From Deinococcota bacterium (lineage in GTDB: Bacteria; Deinococcota; Deinococci; Deinococcales; Thermaceae): a DNA stretch of 34,072 bases. Under the pieces are notes generated by a model. It was not told the DNA's origin and searched no databases. It saw nothing but the letters and a program-made list of their open reading frames with translations. Below, piece by piece: positions 27,138 to 34,072 of the stretch (its first letter is position 1; each line of letters opens with the position of its first letter). The stretch lies in assembly GCA_041695225.1 (NCBI GenBank), contig JBGFRI010000039.1, forward strand, positions 1-34,072, in the 5' to 3' direction. A program made the translations under genes and the position numbers.

Positions 27138-29090
27138 ATGCACGAAGAAGAAGCCTTCAAGAAATCCTTTGATCGCAAACTGGCACGGCGTATTCTGATC
27201 TATGTCCGGCCCTACTGGAAAACGGTGGGGCTGGCCTTACTGGCGCTGGTGGTCAGTACCCTTACTGCCGCCTCGACCCCGCTTTTCCTCAAATTCGCTA
27301 TTGACAACGCCATTGTCCCACGCGAGCTGCTACCGCTGGCCCAGCGCTACGAGACCTTGCTGCTCATTTGCTCACTGTTTCTTGCGGTGCGGGTTGTGGA
27401 CTTCATTGCTAATTACGCCCAGACCTACCTGATTAGCTGGGTGGGACAGCACATCCTCTACGACCTGCGCTCGGAGATTTTTGCCAAACTCCAGCGCCTG
27501 CACCTGGGCTATTATGACCGCAATCCGGTTGGGCGGCTGATGACCCGTATTACCTCCGATGTAGACGCGATCAACCAGTTCATCACCGGGGGGCTGGTGG
27601 GGCTTATTGCCGACTTCGCCCTGATTATCGGCCTGATGGCCTTCATGCTGGTGCTGGACTGGCGGCTGGCCCTGGTCTCGTTTGCTATCATACCGATCTT
27701 TCTGGTCGTTACCACCTGGATACGCAACGGGATGCGTGATTCGTACCGGACCATGCGGCTACGGCTGGCCAAGGTTAATGCTTCGCTACAAGAAAACCTG
27801 GCTGGGGTACAGACCACCCAGCTATTCAACCGAGAGCCCCAGAACCTGTCCCAGTTCAACTTACTCTCCACTGATTTGCGCCGCGCCTGGGTAGATATCA
27901 TCAAATGGTTTGCTCTGTTTTTCCCCCTGGTGGGCTTTATGGGGGAAATCACCGTGGCCCTGGTGCTCTGGTACGGCGGAGGGCAGGTTATACAACAGGC
28001 CATCACCCTGGGCTTGCTGGTGGCTTTCACCGATTATGTGCGCCAGTTGTTCCAGCCCCTGCAAGACCTTTCCGATAAGTTCAACATCTTCCAGGCTGCC
28101 ATGGCTTCTGGGGAGCGAATCTTTGGCCTGCTGGACACCGCAGAAGACGTAGCTGACCAGCCCGGCGCCAGGCAGGTCGAGCACTTCCGGGGCCAGATTG
28201 ACTTCGAAAACGTCTGGTTTGCCTACGGAAAGCGCGGCGAGGCCAAACCCGACGGAACGGTGCAGGTGGGCTGGGAAGCAGGGGAGCGGAGAAGACAAGA
28301 CCCCGACCTCCTCCCCGATACTCCGCCCTCACTTTTTGTAAAACAAGACTCGCTTACGATAGTGGAAAATACCGCCAGCGAGCAGGGCGAGTGGGACTGG
28401 GTGCTACGGGGGGTAAATTTCCGGGTGCGACCCGGTGAGAAAGTTGCCCTGGTAGGGGCCACCGGCGCGGGCAAGACCAGCGTGATTAGCCTGATTGCCC
28501 GGTTTTACGATGTGCAGCAAGGGGCGGTTAAGATTGACGGGCTAGACGTACGGAATTACGCCCAGCGCAGCCTGCGCCGTTGCATTGGCATCGTGCTGCA
28601 AGACCCGTTCTTGTTTAGCGGCACCATCGAGTCGAATCTGCGGCTGGGGGACGATGGGATTACCCTAAAGCGCATCCAGGAAGTGTGTGCCTTTGTGGGC
28701 GCCGACGAGTTTATCGCCGAGCAGCCCCAGGGCTACCAGACCGTATTGCACGAACGCGGCGGCGGCCTATCCACCGGCCAGAAGCAGCTGCTGGCGCTGG
28801 CCCGGGCTATACTGCACAACCCCGACATTCTGCTGATACTCGACGAGGCCACCGCCAACGTAGACTCCGAGACCGAACAGAAGATACAGGCCGCGCTATA
28901 CCGGGTGATGGAAGGCCGCACCTCGATTGTAATTGCTCACCGCCTCTCGACCATCCGCCACGTAGACCGCATCCTGGTCTTCCGCAAGGGCAGGCTGGTA
29001 GAGGAAGGCAGCCACGAGGAACTGCTGCAACAAGGCGGCTACTACGCCAAGCTCTACGAGCTTCAGTATGTGCACGGCAGCGGCGATTAG
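27138..29090 (+). CDS. tmrA: Heterodimeric ABC exporter subunit TmrA, with an in-frame NBD insertion
   Basis: YDRNPVGRLMTRITSDVDAINQFITGG, GATGAGKT, LSTGQKQ, LILDEAT, IAHRLST; tracks recalled T. thermophilus TmrA. Confidence 0.9.
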   Translation: MHEEEAFKKSFDRKLARRILIYVRPYWKTVGLALLALVVSTLTAASTPLFLKFAIDNAIVPRELLPLAQRYETLLLICSLFLAVRVVDFIANYAQTYLISWVGQHILYDLRSEIFAKLQRLHLGYYDRNPVGRLMTRITSDVDAINQFITGGLVGLIADFALIIGLMAFMLVLDWRLALVSFAIIPIFLVVTTWIRNGMRDSYRTMRLRLAKVNASLQENLAGVQTTQLFNREPQNLSQFNLLSTDLRRAWVDIIKWFALFFPLVGFMGEITVALVLWYGGGQVIQQAITLGLLVAFTDYVRQLFQPLQDLSDKFNIFQAAMASGERIFGLLDTAEDVADQPGARQVEHFRGQIDFENVWFAYGKRGEAKPDGTVQVGWEAGERRRQDPDLLPDTPPSLFVKQDSLTIVENTASEQGEWDWVLRGVNFRVRPGEKVALVGATGAGKTSVISLIARFYDVQQGAVKIDGLDVRNYAQRSLRRCIGIVLQDPFLFSGTIESNLRLGDDGITLKRIQEVCAFVGADEFIAEQPQGYQTVLHERGGGLSTGQKQLLALARAILHNPDILLILDEATANVDSETEQKIQAALYRVMEGRTSIVIAHRLSTIRHVDRILVFRKGRLVEEGSHEELLQQGGYYAKLYELQYVHGSGD

Positions 29091-29125
29091 CAATGGTCAA
29101 TGGTCTATGGCTAATGGCAACGGCA
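29091..29125. repeat. Short heptamer array right after the tmrA stop
   Basis: caatggt caatggt ctatggc taatggc aacggc. Confidence 0.65.
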
Positions 29126-29481
29126 ATCGCTAACAAACCACAGCATAAGGCTGCCATGGGGTTTCCATTAACTGAGCCGAGTAGCTAAATACAAACCAAA
29201 AGGCGTATTTTGCGGCGGCATCGAGGAGCGTAAATTCGGCTGTACTACCGATTTATGAGAAGACCTTTCGGAGTACAGCATCCACTGAATTGTCTTGCAC
29301 GGAAGCGCCCAAAAAACAGGGCTAATTCACGACAAACCAATAGATTTGCGGGCTGCCAAACAGGCTGGCCCTCCAACCCCCAAAGATCTAGCAGAAGATC
29401 AGCATAGGAACACTGCCGACCCTGGTCCCATGCAGACAGCTTTCGACTTTCTTGCGGAAAAGTTCTTCAAACAGCTGCCGG

Positions 29482-29781
29482 CTAGGGGGAGCCTAGCGCA
29501 ACCCAGCGCTGGCTAGTAGCCATCAAAAGTCTGTAGAGTGCTTGAACGTCGTCCCACAACACTTCGAGCGGTTCATTTTGCGGTGAGGTGCTGAGTTTCT
29601 CAGTTAGCTCCTCTCGCCGGTAGCGCCAGCGCCGGGCCTCGGCGGGCGAGACCAGGGCAAGGCGGGCCTCGAGCCGCATAACTTCCAGCGGCAGACGTCG
29701 CCGCTCGCAGAGGAGGCGGTAACGCTCACAGAGCAGCGGGGTGGTGACCGTCTGCTGCCAAAAGCTGCCTGGCGTCTGCAT
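29482..29781 (-). CDS. Hypothetical 99-aa protein
   Basis: Charged, helical-looking sequence; TAGACT -10 located 6 nt before the ATG (leaderless pattern). Confidence 0.65.
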   Translation of the reverse strand: MQTPGSFWQQTVTTPLLCERYRLLCERRRLPLEVMRLEARLALVSPAEARRWRYRREELTEKLSTSPQNEPLEVLWDDVQALYRLLMATSQRWVALGSP

Positions 29782-29890
29782 AACGTCAGTCTAGGCCGGG
29801 GTCCGGCCATTGACCAGGGGGCAAATGTCTTATTAAAGCGGGTGTCAGAAACATAGCTCTACAAAGCTCAGGCACCGTTACAGTCGTTTT

Positions 29891-29933
29891 GTGGTACAGG
29901 CAGGCCCCGCTAGACGATGCCTGCCTGTACCAC
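29891..29933. other. 15-bp perfect inverted repeat downstream of dps
   Basis: GTGGTACAGGCAGGC-13 nt-GCCTGCCTGTACCAC; no U-tract in the dps direction. Confidence 0.75.
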
Positions 29934-29956
29934 GGCCCGATGTACGAGTTAGCCGG

Positions 29957-30466
29957 TTAGCCCTGCACATGAGACTCCAGGAAGTAGAGGTCTTTGTCGA
30001 TCACCCGAGAGATCTCAATAAACAGATCCTCGCTGGTGGGGTCGCCCAGCTCGCGGGCGCGGGTTAGCGCAACGCGGTTCGAAACGGCATAGGCAGTATA
30101 GCGCTCAATGAGGGCCTTAATGCACGACATTCCGTCCGTGATCTCGACGCCAAACTCCTTGAGGGTTGATTGCTCGGCCGCCATGCGCACCGTCCCCAGG
30201 GCGATGCCGCCCAGAGCGGTGACGCGCTCGGCCAAGGTATCAACGTACTCTTCGATGCTCTCGGCCAGGTCGTCGAAGAACTTGTGAAGGCTGTAGAAGC
30301 TCTCGCCCTTGACGTTCCAGTGCGCCTGCTTGGTCTGCGAGTAGAGGTCAAAGGTGTCGGCTAGCTGCTGGTTCAAGATGCCCACCAGCTCTTGGCGGGT
30401 TTCTTCGCTGATATCAATCTGACTACTGTAAAGGGACTGGTTGCGAGTATCTAAGCGCGGTTTCAT
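29957..30466 (-). CDS. dps: DNA starvation/stationary-phase protection protein Dps
   Basis: KQAHWNVKG..F..LH..FD, D.LAER...LGG, DPTSEDLF; ATG 30466 follows RBS AAGGAG. Confidence 0.95.
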   Translation of the reverse strand: MKPRLDTRNQSLYSSQIDISEETRQELVGILNQQLADTFDLYSQTKQAHWNVKGESFYSLHKFFDDLAESIEEYVDTLAERVTALGGIALGTVRMAAEQSTLKEFGVEITDGMSCIKALIERYTAYAVSNRVALTRARELGDPTSEDLFIEISRVIDKDLYFLESHVQG

Positions 30467-30894
30467 AGTTTTCACTCCTTAAGACCGTGGCCAGAGCATC
30501 ATGCACAAACCGCAGCTACGCGGTTATGTGGCGCCGCTAACGCTCTGCCTCCAGCCTAACACGTCAAGAAGTTTGCTTTGATGAGGGCAGACAAAATCCA
30601 GTGAACCGCGCCTTGATTAGTGCAAGCATACGGGGTTAGTTCAGAAAGCAGTTTTACCACCTCGTTGCACCTGAGCCTTGAAACCGCCCGGCTACGGGAT
30701 ACAAATCCGTGCATAAAAGAGACTAAACCCACTTCAGGCTTGGTTTTATCCTGCTCCAGTGGGTGAAACTTTAGGTGTGACCTCGACTTGGCGCTCACTT
30801 TGCAGTCTGGCATGCGGGGGTCAAACAAAGAGCCTTTACTGGTCTGCACCGTCACCGGTCGAAAGCTTAGTTGTGAGCGGAGCCATGCATGCGC

Positions 30895-30931
30895 TTGATG
30901 TAAAGCCAGCCACTGTGTATGGTTTTCCATA
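30895..30931 (+). promoter_or_regulatory. vapBC promoter with overlapping palindromic operator
   Basis: TTGATG-17 nt-TATGGT, 7 nt before the ATG; inverted repeat TATGG-TTTT-CCATA at 30918-30931. Confidence 0.6.
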
Positions 30932-31160
30932 TGAAGACGACGCTTCACATCAATGACGCCGTTATGGGCCGCTGGCGGAGGAGGCCGCCCGAAGAGACAC
31001 AACCATCTCGGCCCTGGTCGAGGCCGCCCTAAGACGATTCCTCGAGGCCAAGGCGCCAAAAGGCCGCGAACTGCCGCCCCTTCCCTCTTTCGAAAGCGGT
31101 GGTAGCTACGTTGAACTTTCCGACCGTGGGGCCTTATACCGCCGAATGGAAGGGCGTTAG
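30931..31160 (+). pseudogene. vapB: VapB-type RHH antitoxin, frameshifted
   Basis: MKTTLHINDAVMGR / 1-nt deletion near 30972 / LAEEAARRDTTISALVEAALRRFL...ELPPLPSF....VELSDRGALYRRMEGR*. Confidence 0.85.
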
Positions 31161-31161
31161 A

Positions 31162-31604
31162 GTGTTTGTCGTCGATACCAACGTGCTTCTTTACGCCGCC
31201 GATGGCACTACCCCGAGCACGCACGCTGCCGCGAACTTCTGGACACCTGGTGCCGCGACCCCTTGCCCTGATATCTGAGCTGGAATATCGTCTACGAATT
31301 CTTGCTCGTGAGCACACATCCACAGGTCTTCCGCATGCCCTGGTCGGTTAGCGAAGGGTGGAGCTTCGTCGAGGCGCTTTTTGCCTCACCCGGCCTACGC
31401 GTACTGACTGCTACCCCACGCCACGCCGAAATTGCCGCGCAAACCGTAGTCGAAATGCCACATCTACATGGCAAACTGCTTCACGATGCGCACACCGCCA
31501 TCCTGATGCGTGAACACGGCATTCGGCGCATATATACGCGCGATGGCGACTTTCACAAGTTCGCCTTTCTAAAGGTTATTGACCCCATGGTGCCTGGCCA
31601 CTAG
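31162..31604 (+). pseudogene. vapC: VapC PIN-domain toxin, frameshifted and nonsense-interrupted
   Basis: MFVVDTNVLLYAAD / frameshift near 31204 / HYPEHARCRELLDTW..PLP*(TGA 31269-71)YLSW.IVYEFL...THP..F...HDAHTAILMREHG...IYTRDGDF. Confidence 0.88.
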
Positions 31605-31744
31605 ACCGGGAGGTCATCTGAACTCCGACCATAACCTGACAATCTGCCGGGCATGAAGTAGGCAGCTGGTCAGATACTATGGACTTATTGCAGTGAGACT
31701 CAGTGGACGAGCATGCTGAGCGCACCAGTACACCTGGCAACCAC

Positions 31745-31807
31745 ACCCACCCATACCAAGCAAGGTACGCAATGCGAGCTAACCCTGCTTCACTCAAAGC
31801 GCTGGGC
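31745..31807 (+). other. Degenerate attC-like imperfect palindrome
   Basis: ACCCACC..CAAGCAAGGT..CGC-AAT-GCG..ACCCTGCTTCAC-TCAAAGC-GCTGGGC; each end is one mismatch from RYYYAAC / GTTRRRY. Confidence 0.4.
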
Positions 31808-31833
31808 CCAAGGGCCAGCCGAGGAGACGAAGC

Positions 31834-33366
31834 ATGAGCGAATCTGCAGGGAATGCCCGCCCTGGTGGTTCACTCGAAGGCAGGAATGCTTCTGGCAGGC
31901 CCCACACAGGGCTGCTAACGGGCCTGTTATGCTCGTTCCTGTTTGCGCTCTGCCCGGTGGCACACTCTACGCCGGTCGTAGCGCTGCAAGAGACCATCAC
32001 CGCTTATGTAGAGAAGACGCGGCGCGCCCCGGCTGTTGCTGTTACCCTGTTGACGCCGGAGGGGGCGCAGATCGCCACTGCCGGTACCGCCGGACACCAG
32101 CGGAAGGTACACGCCGGGACGCTGTTCGAGATCGGGTCGGTGACCAAGGTCATGACCGGCATCCTGCTGGCCGAACTGGCAGCGGACGGGACGGTTTCCC
32201 TGAGCACTACGGTCGGCGAGCTGATGCCGGGGGGTCGACGCCTTGACCCCCACGTGGCGGAGATCACATTGCGTGAGCTGGCGACGCATACCTCCGGCCT
32301 GCCGCGCCTGCCCGAGACCTTCGAGATGCAGTGGCGCATGGTGAGTCACCCGGCCAACCCCTATGCCGGCCTGAAGCCGGATGACATTTTCGATGCGGTG
32401 GCCGCGCTCAGCGCCGACGATCTGGGCCCGCGTGGCCGTTTTGCCTACTCCAATCTGGGTCCAGCTCTGCTCGGACGCCTGCTGGAGCGCGCCGCTGGCC
32501 AGCCCTACGAACGCCTGCTGGCAGAGCGGGTACTCAAGCCCCTGGGTCTGCAACACACGCGCTTCACCAGCGAGGTGCTAAATGACCCCCTGCTGGCGCT
32601 ACCACATCGCAGCAACCTGCGACCCGCGCAGAACTGGACGCTCGAGGCCTACAACCCCGCCGGCGGCCTGAGCTCGAGCCTGGACGACATGGTGCGTTTC
32701 TTACATGCCGCGATGACCGCCGAACCAGACAGTCCCCTGGGCGTGAGTATGGATGTCCACTGGAGCGACGAGGCCGGCGAATGGGCCAGCGGACTGGGCT
32801 GGGCGATCACCCGGCGCGACGGCGAGACCATTATCTGGCACAACGGCCGCACCGGCGGCTACTACGCCTTTGTCGGTTTTCTGCCCGAGCGCCAACGCGG
32901 CCTGGTGCTGCTCAGCAACGCCAGCCACGATGGCGACACGCTGGTGTTCAGTCTGCTGCGGGGCGAGTACGCCTTGCCCCAACCTCCGCGGGACTGGTTC
33001 GCTGTGGGCCTCACCCTGTTATTCGTCGTCTTTGCGCCGCTGGCAGCCTACGGCTACAGGGCACACGCCCTAGCCACCCTCTCGGGCCATGCGAAGGTAC
33101 CAGCGGGTTGCATCAACCTGGTTTCGGACGGTCTCGGTGCCGCTTTTATCCTGACGCTGAACTGGAAGCTGGGGGCATGGACCGTAGTCCCCGAACTGCT
33201 CTGGTGGGCGGGGGCGCTCGCAACTTTCGCGCTGCTAGCTGCCAGCCTGCCGACGACTGCGCGCCTTGCCTGGCTGCCGGCTGTGTCGGGCTGGCGCCTT
33301 GCGCTCCGGCTTCTTGGTATCGGGGCGATCGCTCTGCTGCTGTTTTGGGTGGCCTTCAGGGTCTAG
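31834..33366 (+). CDS. Serine hydrolase (class C beta-lactamase-like) with C-terminal transmembrane domain
   Basis: FEIGSVTK (SxxK), LATHTSGL, YSN, HNGRTGG; N-terminal hydrophobic signal, about 4 C-terminal TM segments; RBS GAGGAG. Confidence 0.9.
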   Translation: MSESAGNARPGGSLEGRNASGRPHTGLLTGLLCSFLFALCPVAHSTPVVALQETITAYVEKTRRAPAVAVTLLTPEGAQIATAGTAGHQRKVHAGTLFEIGSVTKVMTGILLAELAADGTVSLSTTVGELMPGGRRLDPHVAEITLRELATHTSGLPRLPETFEMQWRMVSHPANPYAGLKPDDIFDAVAALSADDLGPRGRFAYSNLGPALLGRLLERAAGQPYERLLAERVLKPLGLQHTRFTSEVLNDPLLALPHRSNLRPAQNWTLEAYNPAGGLSSSLDDMVRFLHAAMTAEPDSPLGVSMDVHWSDEAGEWASGLGWAITRRDGETIIWHNGRTGGYYAFVGFLPERQRGLVLLSNASHDGDTLVFSLLRGEYALPQPPRDWFAVGLTLLFVVFAPLAAYGYRAHALATLSGHAKVPAGCINLVSDGLGAAFILTLNWKLGAWTVVPELLWWAGALATFALLAASLPTTARLAWLPAVSGWRLALRLLGIGAIALLLFWVAFRV

Positions 33367-33935
33367 CAGGCTGCCTGAAGCCTCGCGGCCCACCTTCGCC
33401 GCGTATATAAGCCTAACAAGAGGGCTCGATAGGTGGTCCTTTCACACTCGCTACGCTTGGCCCAATCTTCAGAAAACCTGGACAGGCGGCCAAATTATCG
33501 TACTGAGTGTGCGACCGCAAGCTCCACAGCCACCGAATGCAAGGGTTTGTTCCTGGTCCACAGTTGTGCGTCGCCGGCCTATAGTGGACCCCACATACCA
33601 GACACGAAAGCGGCAGGCTTTAAGCGACAGTAGAAGGCCGTTGTCCCAGGCCTGCTTGGGGATGAGAAAGAACCATTCAGCCAGTTTCTAAGCCCTCTAG
33701 GACGGAACAAGGCCGTACAGCAACGTAGACCAAGCCCCGATGCTGTTTCGACAGACAAGTTCACCTCATCCCAACCCCACTTCTATGAGGAATATCGCCC
33801 ACGGGGGTAGTGTCATTGCCTGTGAGCCCGGCTCATGCTATCCGGTAAAGTGCGCCCTAGACACCTCGAAAAAGCGAGCGTAACAGGTTGATCACCGGCA
33901 GCCTAGCATACTGTCCGAGACCTAGCCCGTCTGGC

Positions 33936-33963
33936 TTGACACCACCTGTCCTTCTGTTAGGAT
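33936..33963 (+). promoter_or_regulatory. Sigma-70-type promoter
   Basis: TTGACA-16 nt-TAGGAT. Confidence 0.7.
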
Positions 33964-34009
33964 GGTGGTGAGAAGGGTCTAAGATGGGTTGAGGATGGTG
34001 AAAGGATGG
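33961..34009 (+). repeat. GA(T/A)GG direct repeats with exact 11-bp period (candidate RHH operator array)
   Basis: GATGG 33961, GAAGG 33972, GATGG 33983, GATGG 33994, GATGG 34005. Confidence 0.7.
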
Positions 34010-34072
34010 AACAGACTGAGAAAGTCACCTTCAACCTGAGCCCGGTGGATCTGGGCAAGATAGATGTACTTG
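34006..34072 (+). CDS. CopG/ribbon-helix-helix family regulator, 5' part (runs off the window)
   Basis: MEQTEKVTFNLSPVDLGKIDVL matches the recalled EK.T.NL..VDLG.ID.L N-terminus of a CopG-family group. Confidence 0.75.
   Translation, partial: MEQTEKVTFNLSPVDLGKIDVL

Noticed and set aside
30554..30560. GCCTAAC as another attC left end
   Set aside because: No gene ends before it on the + strand and no palindrome follows. It is better explained as the dps -10 (TAGGCT) on the minus strand.
30556..31323. 255-aa minus-strand ORF
   Set aside because: Largely antisense to the vapBC pseudogenes, with no recognisable motifs.
33463..33935. Short ORFs or a pseudogene between the hydrolase and the RHH gene
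   Set aside because: The frames I translated gave no recognisable protein, and I found no tRNA or other RNA motif.

Overview
Bacterial chromosomal window, about 60% GC by eye, very likely Deinococcus-Thermus (Meiothermus-like), judged from close resemblance to Thermus thermophilus AspC and TmrA/TmrB. It carries mostly housekeeping genes: aspC, a TauE/SafE exporter, mrp/apbC with a SufR-like regulator, a ugd-uxs-epimerase UDP-sugar operon, a Nudix hydrolase, prfA, a PlsC-type acyltransferase, a Liv-type ABC importer operon with an embedded acyl-CoA ligase, asp23-nusB-folD-DUF212, a NarL regulator, an M20 hydrolase, tmrB-tmrA and dps. A small accessory patch follows at the right end: a dead vapBC pair, a membrane-anchored serine hydrolase and the start of a CopG/RHH regulator. 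The non-standard signals are: (1) a ~250-bp, apparently internally deleted IS110-family element that keeps a structured non-coding left end, a possible bridge-RNA remnant (11399-11644); (2) degenerate 7-bp tandem arrays between genes and inside tmrB, one of them with exact 4-nt phase shifts; (3) in-frame repeat-derived insertions in both TmrAB subunits; (4) degenerate attC-like sites flanking the serine hydrolase; (5) an exactly 11-bp-phased GATGG array at the RHH gene promoter; (6) many leaderless-type promoters. All family calls come from motif recognition and recall; no database searches were run.
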